A stretch of 64,000 nucleotides of DNA from Paragordius varius (taxonomy: Eukaryota; Animalia; Nematomorpha). The stretch's first letter is position 1; every line of letters begins with the position of its first letter. Below are positions 24,788-39,200 of this stretch, one piece after another. The position numbers and the translations under genes were made by a program. The stretch lies in assembly GCA_964247055.1 (NCBI GenBank), contig OZ176054.1:8432001-8496000 (forward strand), in the 5' to 3' direction. The notes beneath the pieces were generated by a model. That model saw nothing but the letters and a program-made list of their open reading frames with translations, searched no databases and had not been told where the DNA came from.

Positions 24788-27475
24788 CAGGGTTTTTTTA
24801 AACTATGGGTCGCGACCCCATTTGGGGTCGAGCAAAATTATGGGGTGGCGAGTGATAAAAATACAATTTAACAAAAAATGTTTTTTAACTCGTAAAATTA
24901 TTGTAATAAAGAAAAATAACAATCATCGTATATAAATATATCATAAAATTATCTGGTTCGGAAAGACTGTTTATACTAGCATTTCTATTCCGATCATTAT
25001 AATATCTTGTATAAATCTACTATGAATCAGAAGATGTTATAGAAAATTATAAAAATTGTTATTTTTGTCAATCTCTTAAAACCGAAATGATCTTGATAAA
25101 TATTATCATAATTTCTAAGTGTTATTTCGAAGAAACTATGTAAGCATTTCATGTTATTTTCATTTACACTGTATGATTGTGAACGAAGTGCATGTTATTC
25201 CGAATTAGTAAGTTTGGAAAAAATTTCATTTAAACTCTCTGTGTCCCCTGTAACAAGATTTTAGTTTTCTTTTATTTATTTGGAAATTAATTAATCAAAT
25301 ATCACTCCAATATGTTATTTTTATATATTTATCGTATTTTAGGATAAATATATTTTTTCCCATGGATAAATGGAAATTAAATAAGAATGGTAATGACGCA
25401 GATGATAAGCCAACAAACTCTCAACTAGGAGGGAAATGTATTAGAAATGAGACATCTAATTAGCGAAAAAGAAAATATGAGGACTCCTTGCTCAATTTGG
25501 CTTTACATTTCAAAATTGTAAGGGTAATGAACAACCTCTTTGTTTGATCTGCAATGATTCATTGGCTTCGGAGAGTATGAAACCATCAAAATAAAAAAGA
25601 CATCTTGAATCAAAGCATGTTTGGTATGTCAATAAACCTAAAGTTTGAAAGATATATCTTTAAACAAATAAAAGAAAAACATCAAAATATTTATAACCGT
25701 TAATAAAAAATATTTACCATCATATGAAGTTTTATACTGTATTGCCAAAAATAAAAAGGCGTTAACCATTGGAGAAAATCTTGTGTTACCTGCTGTTATT
25801 AAAATGGTAGAAATACTACATGGAAGAAAATAGGGCGATGATATTCAAAAAATTCCTTTGTCGAACGACACTCTCTCGAATAGAAATTCTGATATTAACA
25901 TGGATTAAATAAACAACTTATGACAAGAGTTAAAAAAAGCCCAAAATTTTCGCTTCAGTTGGACGAAACAACTGATATTACTAAATTGGCTCAGTTGTTA
26001 GTATATGTCAGGTACGTTTATAAAGAAAGCGTGGAGAAAGAATTGTTATTTTGTTGTCCTATGGAAGACCATACTACAGGGAAAGACATAAATCGTAAAG
26101 TTGACGAATTTTTAAAAGCAGGAGGTTTAGAATGGAAAAATTGCTGTGAAATATGCACAGATGGTGCCAGAGCGATGACGGCAGAAATATTGATTTTAGA
26201 TCATTAAGCTGCTCATTATGATCATATAACTTTTACTCATTGCCTTATTCACCAAGAGGCTCTTGCAGCAAAAATAATAGCACCAGAATCTAACGATGTG
26301 CTTCAGGATGCTGTTGTCATAAATTTTATTAAGATACATGCCCTTACCAGTCGCTTATTTTTAAATCTCTGTAACAATATGGATTCCAACTACATAAATT
26401 TGTTATTACATTCAGACGTAAGTTTAAAAAGATTATTGTTATTAAAAGACGAGATCGAAATATTTTTAACTGAACGAAAATGTGAATTTGCTGCTTTTTT
26501 TCAAAATGACTTGTGGCTATCCAAGCTCTGTTAATTGTGAGATATTTTTGCTAAATTAATTGATCTTAACTTGTCTTCAAGGAAAAAATTGCGATAAATT
26601 TAATTCAATCAATAAAATTCAAAGTTTTATTAAAAATATCAGCATTTGGAAAAGTAGGGTCGACAAAAATTCGTTTGAAATGTTTTCCAGGTCGACAATT
26701 TTGTAATTGAGAAAATTCATGTAAAACTTTTATTAAAAAACTATTGTACATCACTAAAAGCGCTAGAAATACAGTTCCGGACATATTTTATATTAAATAT
26801 GGATTTACAAAATAGATTGGATTCAAAAGCCGTTTTATATTGGCTTAAGTGAGATTGATCATCTGCCACTTAAGATCAAGAGGAATTTGCAGAGCTTTCG
26901 TGCTCAAACTTAAAACTATAATTCGAAATAAAGTTCTTGACTGAATTCTGGATCGGAACTAGAACTGAACCCACAATCGCCGACTGGCGTTAAATGTACT
27001 TCTGCTATTCAACACCACATATTTATATGAAGTTACTTTCTCAGCTTTAACACACATCAAATCCCTATCTTCAGCGGTAAAGAATGTTGAAGAGGTCTCA
27101 CGTCCAGCAGTTTCAAACATCACATTAGGATTTGATCTGTTATGCCACAAAAAACAGGCACATCCATCTCATTAAATTTTTAACGTAAACTATAATTTAA
27201 TATTTACCACGCAACTACTTGGATATATTCGAGAGAATTAAGACGGTCAGAATCCACTTTTGTTTTTAAAACTATAATATAAACATTTCTATAACATTTT
27301 GTGCAAATTTCAATTTAGATTTTTTTATGTTTCAAAACGAATTCTAAATTTATATGTTTTCATATTATTTATCATCAAAAAATATTAATTTATTTTTCTT
27401 TTATATTTGTTGGGGTCGTTAAGAAACCCGCAATCATAAATGTGGTCTGGAATTAAAAAAGTTTAAGAAGCCCTG
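24788..27475 (+). mobile_element. Buster-family hAT DNA transposon, defective
   Basis: TIRs CAGGGTTTTTTTAAAC and GTTTAAGAAGCCCTG. Flanks ATCTACTG and ATCTAAGG form an 8-bp nnnTAnnn-type TSD (6/8). Transposase remnant inside. Confidence 0.88.
25362..27175 (+). pseudogene. Decayed ZBED5/SCAND3-like (Buster) transposase
   Basis: Fragments include SMKPSK..RHLESKH, FSLQLDETTD..AQLLVYVRY, CTDGARAM, THCLIHQEALA and a terminal QAHPSH*. Multiple stops and frameshifts. Confidence 0.9.
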
Positions 27476-28190
27476 ATCTAAGGTTTATTTTTAAATATAA
27501 TTTTTTAAATATTTTTTCCAAAACATAAAAGGGTGTAACTAATGCTAAAGTGAGTTCATGCTTTCCTAATTAATGCAAATCATATTACGGGCTTTATTTT
27601 TGGTTTATATATTCAACTCAATTAAAACTACTAACGATATATTTTAGTCAAATATTATATGTATGCCAGCCTGATTAATATTATAATTATGTAAAACAAA
27701 ATAAAATTACCCAATCATATCAGATGTAAATCTGTTAAATTAATTACAATGGACATTGATACAGTTTTAAATTTAAAAAAATTTCGCACAAATTTCAAAT
27801 TTATACCGTCATTATTTATATGTATTTTATGTGGCATGATGGACATATGTTAAAGTGTTTTTTGGTTTGGTTATCTTTTTATAAGCGGTCTATAAAAATT
27901 TAAATTTTTTTAGCTCATTAGAGTGTGATCTATAGCTTTAATTATTATCAATCTTTTAAAAGCTTTCCATATATATAAAAAAATGATGAAATTTATATTA
28001 CTATAGGATAATTCTATCTAATGCGTTTTCTACAATCAATTTTTATACGGCTTAACGGGTAAAAAATGCGATTTTTGATTTTGGCTAATAGCAGAAAAAA
28101 TTAAATAACTTTTTTTCCTAATAATTTAACCGCCATTTATATTATTATATTCGTTAAACGAAAGTTTCAAAACTTTTAATTGATGTAAAC

Positions 28191-28413
28191 CCTGGATGTC
28201 CAACATGCGGCCGTCAGAAATATTTCTGCAGCCCGAGTGAAATTTCAATTCCAAATAAATTAAAATTTTTATAAGATATTGATTGCCCTTTGCAATAAAT
28301 AATATTTTTTTTGTAAAATTACACTCTTTTATGTGAAATCCAATAAATTATTAAATAATATCCCAATATATTACAAATGCGGCCCGCTAAGTCATTTATG
28401 TTGGAAACCCATA
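28191..28413. mobile_element. Degenerate hAT MITE (same family as 10625/24041)
   Basis: CCTGGATGTCCAACATGCGGCCG ... GCGGCCCGC..TGTTGGAAACCC; the TSD is not clear. Confidence 0.6.
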
Positions 28414-29408
28414 ATTTAAACATATACATTTTTTTGGGCACACCGTAATTGTTGAATGAAACTAAATTAAATGATATATAAATATTTGCGAAAAAAATGA
28501 TTATTTAATATGTAATAAAACTTTGTAGCGGCTGGAATTTTTTTAATTTCCATTTTTTTTCTTTCCCTTAATTTAAATATTTGTGCTGCTTTGTGTGACT
28601 TCTTCTAATTCCAACAATGTTTTGTCTGACTTATGGTCAATGTTAATTTATTATGGCATTTAATTATTTTTTGTAATTAATTTCTTATTTTTTTGCCCTT
28701 TTCCGTTAAAGTTTTTAAAAAGGAAGGATAAACTCTTTTTGTTAAAAAATATTAATCAGCGTAAATTAAAAAAAGTCATTAAAAGATTTAGATTAAAAAA
28801 TGTTGTTTTTACTTAGTCAGATCTATGAAACCACCTCAAACCATTTTACTTATTAAATGTGATAATCCCATGACTTATAAATTTTATTTTATAACCGGAT
28901 GTTTTTAAAATGTATAACCTGTAATTTTAGAAAGAAGAGGACTTCTTTTCTTTAAATTTTAGTATCATCAATGCAATATTAAATAAAATATTAGCTTTAC
29001 AAAACCAAGCTGGATTATTAAATTACTTTAATATTTTTAATTTTTTTAAAAAATAATCGCTTTACGAATGTTTTTTTAGGCGAAATGTAAAAGTCATAAC
29101 CATTTTTATTGTGTAATATCATATTGCGTGACAAAATTATTTTATACATATTTCTTCATACTGATATAAATATTTATTGCTTTTTTCACCTGATAAATAC
29201 TATTAATACTAATAATTAAATTTATTTGGTAAAAATAAAGAAATAAGGATTAAAATCACCCTAACGAGCTAAAAATGTTTGCATCATTAAAAGTGGATGG
29301 CTAATAAGATTTTTTATGTTCATTATGACTGATAAATTATTTATGATAGATAGTTCGGGATAAATATTGTATAAAAAAAGTTTTTTCAGGTTATTCCCCT
29401 TAAATACT

Positions 29409-29422
29409 TATATATTTATATA

Positions 29423-29460
<38 letters not shown>
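29409..29460. repeat. (TA)n microsatellite
   Basis: Long TA run with a few interruptions. Confidence 0.9.
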
Positions 29461-29467
<7 letters not shown>

Positions 29468-29784
29468 ATAATTAATATATTATCATTGTTTTTATAAAAC
29501 TAGCCTTTTGGCAAGCTGTAGGTATTGAATATTGCATGGCGCTAAAAAAAATTTATAAACATTTTAATACCGAATATATAGATTACTATGTTAAGTAAAA
29601 ATAAACGAAATTCGCCATTCAAAAAATATTTTTTTGGATATTAGTATCTATTGTCAATAAGCCAATGTGCCGAGTTGAGATATTAACCACTCCACATAGA
29701 AAGTGGTCAGACTTAAACAAATCAAACATATGTAATATTCTTTTAAGAATTTTCAACGTTCAATTCCAGGTGAAAGAAATATTA

Positions 29785-29999
29785 TACCATTTACAATTCA
29801 AATTCACCCTAAAAATAAATTTGTTTTCGGGATAATATAACTCATCATTAATATGAAATGTATTTTTACGACATAGTTTATTATTTTTTCAGCATTATAT
29901 TAATTTTAAACAGAATTTCATATTTTAAAAAAATTATTAAATAAAGGTAATTTGTAATCCTAAAAAACACATTAGGGTGAATTTGTACTGTAAATTGTA
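29785..29999. mobile_element. Short member of the TACCATTTAC foldback-like MITE family
   Basis: TACCATTTACAATTCAAATTCACCCTAA ... TTAGGGTGAATTTGTACTGTAAATTGTA; the interior resembles 11183-11461. Confidence 0.7.
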
Positions 30000-31289
30000 T
30001 ATATTACTATAACTATGCATTAAAAAAATAATATTTAAATATTCAAAACATTCGTGTTAAAAGCCGCATTTATGCAAAAGCCAAAACTACATATTTATGA
30101 AATGCTATGACTCCTGTCGGTATAAAATATTTTAGTTATAATAACAAATTGTTGTTTTTTGCATGACTATGTTACATTTATGTACCTAGAGCTTGGCAGA
30201 AGGCTAGTTTTAAACCGTTGTTAATAATTAATTATTTTACCAAAAAATCGCAATATAATACTAAATATAAAGCTGTATTTTACCCCCTCTCATTATTCCA
30301 CATTAAAAATCATTTTTTTCGAAGCCAGTAAGGGTATTGCGTTGGTTAGGACTGACAGAATTATTCATTCCGTTTTTTTTGCATGGTGTTAATAGGGAGG
30401 GCCTTACTGTTTTTTGCAACATATATTAATAATTTATAGTTCAGCAATGAATACAGTCACAATCCCAACAGATTTCAAATGGATTAAAAATTAATGTAGT
30501 TATTTTCTCAATTTTAAAAATATTTAAAACTTTAATATTCAATAATTTTGCCGCACAATATATTCATCACTAATGACAATTTTTGTGCATTCAAACTTAA
30601 GTTATAATCATGTAAAGAGACATAATCTGGAAAAAGTGCTTTATACTGTTTTATATATGTTGCTAAAAAGTAACTCCATTTTGTTTAAATTTTCATATAT
30701 AAATTATTTTTTTAAAGGTTAATATATGTAATTACTTTTATAAATACTTAGCAGCTTTTGCGTTTACATAAGGGACACTCAGCTATTTAAACGGGTGTCA
30801 AATATGCCAAATTCATATGTTCTGTTTTTTTACTATACATATCAAGAAAATAATTATAAAGTTTTTTAAAAAAATGTCGGCTAAATGCAATTTTTAATTA
30901 TGAAAAAATGTGAAAAAAATGTTCTAACTTTAATTATCTTATAAGCTTTTATCAGTGGTTCTTAACCTTTTTATTGTTCATGCCCCACCAAATTGAAAAT
31001 ACTCTTGCGCCCTCCTCAAAAAAATCCAAGATAAAAATGTAAAATATATTATAATATTATAAAAATTCCAATCAATGAGATCCTTATATCTGCATTTTGT
31101 AAATATTTTTTCCATATCGGTGATGAATTTAGATATTCGAAATCCTTCAATTTGTTTCTAGTTTTATTTTTATATAATTCTCCAAATTTTTCGCGTGATC
31201 TTATAGGCTTCTTAATAAGGTTGGGAGGGACCTAACCCAAAGCTAATATAAAAAAACGCTTGACAAACACGAAAAATATTTGAAACAAT

Positions 31290-32540
31290 GATTGAATCCA
31301 TATAATTTCAATTTTGACGAATTCTTCAGAGCCAGGTTATTTTTGTAAACGTGAACATAGGGCCAAACCCAATAATTCAAAGGGTTCTAATCTTATCTTT
31401 ATATGGGAAATAACTAAAACCCAATATTGAATCCATATAAACTTAAAGTGAAATTGCATTAGAGCCACATTATTATATCTGATTGAATCCATAAGGTTTT
31501 TTATGAATTCTTCAGAGCCTTGTTATTATTATATGGCTACGTATTTAATATAGGGTTATACCCAATAATTCAAAAGGCGCTAATCTTATCTTTATATGGG
31601 AAATAACTAAAAACCATTATTGAATCCATATATGCTTCGAGTAAAATTGCATTAGAGCCACGTATTATTATATACTGGCGCATTTTACAGAGATGGCGCT
31701 GGCAGGGGTTAAAAAGCGCCGGTTTAAAGGTTTTTTTAAATGGCGAATACCTAAAATCATGATTTATATAGTCTCATAACTTTGGCTTACAGTAGCTTTA
31801 AAACCACGTAATTTTCATATGGCATATTTAACATATGTTCTACCATCCCAGAGGTAAATTGGAAAGACACATTGAGCTGAAATTTCTACTATCCTAAAAT
31901 TTGAAACGATGATTTAATTTAAATGGTCGCATAACTTGTGTCCATATATCTTTAAAGCATGGTTATTTCTATGTGGGGGCACATTTTACATAGAAGGGAT
32001 CCCTCTGTCTAGGAGCTTATTTTAAAAAGGCACAAAGCCAAAATCATTGCCTTTATTGGAAATGACCTAATGCTTATTGAATCCATATGGCTAAATAACT
32101 TTGGCGAAACATGCTACAACCACCTTTAGCTCTATATGGATTTACATGTGTTGACGCCCCTCCCGGGTGACATAAAAAATAAACCCAAGAGTAAGATTTC
32201 TGCTTTCATACGGGGAAAAATCAAACTATGATTTTATTACATGATTTCATAAATTAAAATCAGTTTCAAGGTCATGCTATTTTTAAGTCTTGGCGTAATA
32301 AACATAGAGTAGAGGGAGCCCAACACAGGGGGGGGGTGATTAAATAAACACTTTTTAGCATCATAGATAAAGAGATGCTTAAAAAAGTTGTTTTTGGAAA
32401 CTTAGTTTTTTTTGCAGAAAAATCATTTCGTCGGAAATGGGGGATTTGAAAATGTACACCGACCAAGTTTGGCTCATTCACTAAAAAATAAAATAAATTG
32501 ATGATTGAATTGATTGGGCCCACACGTTTACGGTATATTT
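31290..32540 (-). repeat. Old, diverged repeat array (ATTGAATCCATA motif; ~197-bp tandem duplication at 31290-31690), probably Helitron-related
   Basis: ATTGAATCCATA recurs, and its reverse complement resembles the CATATGGA(A/T)TCAAT motif of the Helitron monomers. Two near-copies of a ~197-bp unit lie side by side. Confidence 0.55.
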
Positions 32541-32749
32541 GTGCAAAAACACTCTCCTTTTTTAATTCCTTACATACAAGGACTAACTGAGGGGCAAATT
32601 TAAAAAGGTGGCTCGACTATAATCAACGCATTTTTAATATCCACAAGCTTTTCATAAATATAGGTAAGTAATTATTTTTTGACACTTTGCAAATATGTTT
32701 TTTCAATTATATAAATGTTACATGCAAACATTTTATAATTAAATATTAA

Positions 32750-33304
32750 CATTTGGATACAACACATTCATTTCAGTCCTTCGATTCAAATAGGGGTAGT
32801 TGGATACCCCAGGCCTGTTTAAAATTAAATAATTCTAAAAATATGGAATGAATTGACACGATGGCAAAATTTTGCACAATTATAACATTATTGAACCGAA
32901 ATATATAAAAAAATTCATTCAAAAATTGATATTACTTTTTTTAGAATCCTCAAGGTAAAAATTTAGTCAACATGACATGTGTGCATTGGCTAAATTTAAA
33001 AATAATACAAAATAAACGATTTTTTCTGTTCGATCAATGTTAGATGTGATTTAACTGAAAATTTAGCTTTCATATTAGCTTTAAAATCAAATAAACACGA
33101 TATTTTGCCAAAATGTTGTGAAATAAAAATGGCGTCGAAGTAGTTTAATGTGAGACTTTTTTTTAAAACCAAATTTTTTTTAGATATTTCGGCTTATTTT
33201 ATGATAAAGCATAATATAAAATTGAGCCCGTTTTTTTTCAGTAGTTTTTTAAAAAAATTTAACTTTAATATAGTCTGGTGTTAGATACCCTTTGAATAGA
33301 AGTG
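32750..33304 (+). mobile_element. piggyBac-like (TTAA) MITE family A, uninterrupted older copy
   Basis: Starts TTAA|CATTTGGATACAACAC and is colinear with 53274-53855. The right flank is degenerate. Confidence 0.78.
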
Positions 33305-34778
33305 AGAAAAAATAGCCAAAAATTTAACGAGAATAGATTATTTTCTTAATTTTATAAGTTAAACTGATATGGTTATTAACGCCACAAGGTATATATTTAA
33401 AAATGTCCGTGTGGGATATCAAACTACCCTATATTTTATCAAAGTTTTAAATCCGTCCAGATAGAGATTTTATTTTTTGATTCTAAAAATTTGTCATTTT
33501 TGGAAATTTTTTGCGCTTTGCACATTATTGCACGTATTTCCTGAATTAATTGTTTTTTAAATATAAATATGTACCACTTGTTCAAATAACTATTTATACA
33601 AGTATATACATTTTGATTAAAAAATTAAGAAATATACATTTTAATCAATATTTCGAAAAGAAAATGGAATTTTATTTTCATTTGTATTTGTTTTGTCATT
33701 GTGAACATTATTTAATGAACATTTTATGCGCGAGATAGCTAAAAATTACACGAATCCTGTTCTATCCTATCCTATTTTTTCAGTGATTTATGGCATCAAT
33801 TATTCCATATAAATGCTATATTTGACTTTTTTTCCATGTCAAAAAATCATTTCTTTATCCAGAATTATAGATATTTAGATTATGAAAATTAAAATATTAT
33901 TTTACATAATCAGGATGGTAATTTATCATTCGCATGCACTCTGATTAAAATCCAATCATCTAATTTATCATTTTTACAAGAAAAATATATTTACTCAATG
34001 ACAAATTACATTTTAGACAAAAATTTTATTTTTTTTAGATTGTCCATATTTGGGGAATTTCCCAATTAATATAATATTAATTTTTTATTCTGAAATTGAT
34101 ATATTTTATATTTTTTAACAAAATAACGCTTCTAATATTATATTATTTTGTATATCTCCATATAATAATTGAACATATACAATACACATTATTACTATGG
34201 AATACGTTGCAGATATTATATTGTATCTTCCTTCCTTCGTTATACCAACCAATATTTATTTAAATTGCAATTAATAAAAAAAGTACTTTTTAATTAGCTC
34301 TTTTATTGATAATATTTATACATGTGAAGAAGTATATTAATATCAGAAATATGATAATATGTATATATTTTATAGTTTAATTAGTAATAGATAGCTAGCT
34401 AAATAATGCAACATTAATGATACAAAACTAGTACTTACATATATCTATAAGTATGTTGAAAGTTTTCTTTTCTAAAACACATTCATTTCCATTATAAACA
34501 ATTTTTTTTATTTTATAAAATTCCAATATATCCCTACACTTGAAATGATCAAGATTTTATTATTTTGCACGTATTCCTGTTAAATCTATTTTCGCATCTT
34601 TATATGATATGTCTCTGATGTAGATAGACATTTAGGCAGGCATATATTATATCGCAAAATTTTCCCTTTTTTTTCAATCCTTGTTCCGAAACAAAATAAA
34701 TTAATTAATTAATTCTTTGAAAAAAGCGAAAATTGCTAATTCCCAACAAAGGAAAAAACCGCGCGAGCAAACGACACA

Positions 34779-36161
34779 ATGTTTCAATTTTCTTTGATGA
34801 TAACTCTTATTTTAGGCTTTTCAATACTAAATCCCTCCTCTATCGTTTCATTTATATTATCTAATGTTACAAATAATGGTAATGGTAATAAAACTATTTT
34901 GAAAAATATGTCATTGGCACATCCACCTCAACAACCCCAACACTTACCGGAGGAAAGATTCAAATTTTTTTTCTACATGACATGTATGCCCATCATAATT
35001 ATCCTGGGTATATTTGGAAATATTTGTATCATATTGGTTTGTTCGTTACAAAAAACAACTTCCACTGGATACAGGTATAGCACATATTTAGTTATAGTTA
35101 AATTTAATATTTTATCCTACGATAGATATAATAACCATACAAAATATCATTGTGCATAATTTTTATGGGCCCTGATGTGATATAATATAGTTTTAGTTAT
35201 GGTACGAATGAATTTAAACCACATGATTCCCAAATCCCTATAAATATTTTTTCTGTTAATTATGTAGCATTCCTCGGCATTTTAGGCCACATGCATTCTA
35301 ATGTAGCAATTTTAAGTTATAAAATTGATCGGGCACTTATGAAAAAATAAACAAAGAACCGTTTAGTTTTTTATGAAAAATTAATCGTAGAAAATATTGA
35401 TAATAATTTATTTCGGATTATTTGAATTATGAATATGTTACTAATCTTCTTTATGTTGTCACTTTACATTTCTGTTTGTTTGATTAATTTTTGCTAAAAT
35501 ATAGTATATTGTATAGGATTAAATATTTTTTGGGCAACATTGTACTAAAAATTTTTTTGACTTTTAACACCTCTTATACAAAAGTATTATAAGTACAAGA
35601 ATTTTTTGTGCAAATTCATGGATCCATTTACATGCACTCATATTCTTTTTTATATTAAATATCATCACTGAATTATTTAAAATTTAGAGCTCCCTCCACT
35701 TAAGTCATTGTTTATATATTTTTGGATTAATGAATACAACTTTGATATCTCATTCTTAATAATTTTTCATCTTTCGTTTAAATTTAATTAAAAATAATAT
35801 TTATTAAGCCATGTAAAAAATTAACTAAACTAACTAACTGTTTAAGATCATTTATATTCTATAAGGATATTATGCTATTGTGTGCAATTATGAAAGCGTT
35901 TATAAGTTATTAATACCTCCTAAATCATTTTCGTGATACAAAAAATTTTGATATCATGTTGCTTATATTCCTACAAGATAATTATTATTGCTATTCTTAA
36001 TATTTTTTGATCATTTTTTTATGCATATTTAATTAATTTTTGGTTTTTAGTTCCATATAATGTTGCTTCTTGTGACATACAAAAAGAGGAGACAGACGAC
36101 TGTCAGCCTATCCTCATTTATTAAGACTTTTATATGTTTTAAGAGTGTAATTTGGAAAATT

Positions 36162-36201
<40 letters not shown>

Positions 36202-39200
36202 ATAAACTATCAGAATCGTGCTGCTAATATGGTTAATTGAATTTGACATTTCGATATACAACACATTTATATAGATATATAAACACCATACCTTGAGACA
36301 AATGCGCTAGGGAATATATATATATATATATATATCGCTCCAATCCCTCAAATATACAAAAATAGTCTAGAAAAAACTAATTTGTGGTAATTATTGCGTT
36401 AAAATGATATTAATATTGTCGTTAACTAGAGATGACGGTTTAATCACATTAAACATATCTATTAAAATTTCTTTTGTGAATTTTATTAATGTTTAATATA
36501 TTTAGGATGTCTTAAATCCAATTTTTAAACGTACTAAAAAGGGGAATAGATACTTTTTGCACTTAAACATTATTTTAACTTTTTTGACTGCTATTTCTGA
36601 TATTCAACTTTATTTACATGATCTTAGAATTTAAATATATGATTTAAAAAACATTGGCTTTAACTTAACAACCTCTTACTCGTTAGTTCTGCGGTAAAAA
36701 CGAATATGACAAATGGTGATAAGCCACATAAATCAATATATTTTGAAAAAGCATAATACCTGAAGAAGGTAACATCAAAAGTTACCATAATTTTACCGCT
36801 ATAAGCAAAAAATTTTAACATGAAATTATTGGAATGATATCTTATGGTACTATATAATATATATATATATAAAATAATGGTATTTTTACTAAAAAAAGTT
36901 AAATTTCGTATTAATCAATGGAAAAGTAATTGTAGTCTTTAACAATATTTTACAATATGTTATTTAACATTCATTTGCACATTTATATTTGGACTATTCT
37001 TATATTAAAGATTAAATGGCCAAAACGTAAAAACAAATTGAAAAAAACAGTCATACTTTTTAAATCCAACATTTTCCATATAAATCAAATAACAAATGTA
37101 AAATATATAATTAAATCCGTTACCAATTGACAACGTAATTGCTTTTTGTTTTACCTAAAAAATATGAGTGTTTATCTAAAAAAAGATTTGTATTTTAGTT
37201 TATACGTTTTCTACCGCAAACGTGGAAAACATTTCTAAATCACAAGAAAACTTAAAAAGCAGCATGAAAATCCTGATGCATTTTTGGAACAGAATTAATG
37301 TTTTTCATCGGTTTTGTGTGCACTGTTAAAATTGATTGCGTCTATATTTTAACACTCTCAAATCTAATAATATTTATTGGCAATATATTTTTACAAATGC
37401 GACCTGTCGGTTTTTTGAAATGAAAATGCGGCCCGCGAAGCCATTTATGTGCGGCTCTCCAAAATAGTTATGCAGTCCGCGAGAAATTTTAAAAAATACC
37501 AAATATAAAATTTTTTAATTAGAAAATTCCTATTTACAAAATCTAAGTAAAATTCATGATTCTTAAACAAATTATCTGAGTAAGTTTTCCCAAATTTTGG
37601 CAATGAACTAGCAAAAATTGTTAAAATATATAAAGTACTAGCGTGAATCTCGTGCTGCTACGCAGCCCGAGGAAGTCCTTCGGACTTCTGGGGGGGGGGG
37701 GGTTCGAAGTTTGGATTTGAATGGGTCTACCGTTTTTCCTGTAGATCACAGCCAGCATTTTCCATTTTTATAAATATATAGATTACCATAAATAATGTTT
37801 TAATATCCATATATCTTTTAACATGCTATACATATGATAGATACTCCTTACTCAGCAGCTATCATCAAAGAAACGCTTGACTAAAATTTTTGCCTTTTAA
37901 CAGGGAATACGTGGAATCTTTATTGAATTTTTACGGTCTCATACCTAGGGCGAAAAATCGATTTAGAAAATTATTTTTGTGGACTTTGTTTTTTGAAAAA
38001 AATGGCATTTTACGGGGGGAGCGGGTAAAAAGAGGGCCTAAATCAAAAAAGTGACTCGACTATGTTCGGCGCAATCGAAAATAAGTAAACAAAAATCATA
38101 TTTGAAATTGAATGGTCCAACACGTTCTCCGGAAAATTGTCTCAAAAACACGATTTTGTGGACTTCTGTTTTCAAAAAAAACCCGTTTTTCATACGGGGT
38201 GGGCCCGAACTGGGGGCCTATTTCAAAAAAAGGGCGAAGCTATTGTCGGGACATTTATTAATGATTATATTTTTTCGATATTTGGATTTGATTGGGTCTA
38301 CCGGTTTTCCTGTACCAGATCACAAAGCCAGCATTTTCCATTTTTATAAATATATAGATGAGGATAAATAATGTATTAATATCCATATATCTTTTAACAT
38401 GCTATACATATGATAGATACTCCTTACTCAGCATCTATCATCAAAGAAACGCTTGACTAAAATTTTTGCCTTTTAACAGGCAATACGAAAAATCTTTCTC
38501 GAATTTTTACAGTCTCATACCGTGGGCAAAAAAATACAATCAAAAAAATATTTTTGTGGACTGTTTTTTTTGAAAAAAATGGCATTTTACGGGGGTAGCG
38601 GGTAAAAAGAGGGCCTAAATCAAAAAAGTGACTCGACTATGTTCGGCGCAATCGAAAATAAGTAAACAAAAATCATATTTGAAATTGAATGGTCCAACAC
38701 GTTCTCCAAAAAATTGACTTAACCCATTTTTCACACGGGGTGGGCCCGAACTGGGGACCTAATTCCAAAAAAGGGCGAAGCTATTGTCGGGGCATTCATT
38801 AATGATTAAATTTTTTCGATGTTTGGATTTGAATGGGTTCACCGGTTTTCCGGAAACAGATCACAAAGTTATATGAAAAATCAGTTTTTAGCGGGTAGCT
38901 CCTTACCCAGCAGCTATCATCAAATAAACGGTAGACTAAAATTTTTGCCTTTTAACAGGGAATACGTGGAATCCATATAGAATTTTTACGGTCTCATACC
39001 TAGGGCGAAAAATCGATTTAAAAAATTATTTTTGTGGACTTTGTTTTTTGAAAATGTGGCATTTTACGGGGGGAGCGGGTAAAAAGAGGGCCTAAATCAA
39101 AAAAGTGGCTCGGCTATGTTCGGCGCAATCGAAAATAAGTAAACAATAATCATATTTGAAATTGAATGGTCCAACACGTTCTCCGGAAAATTGTCTCAAA

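Noticed and set aside
30328-30410. CAGTAAGG...CCTTACTG inverted ends resembling a pre-miRNA or C/D snoRNA
   Set aside because: Pairing collapses after 8 bp and there is no C box, so the evidence is insufficient.
30953-31721. Charlie-like hAT MITE (CAGTGGTTCTTAACC ... GGTTAAAAAGCGCCG)
   Set aside because: The TIRs match only 11/15 and there is no convincing 8-bp TSD, so it is not listed as a discrete element.
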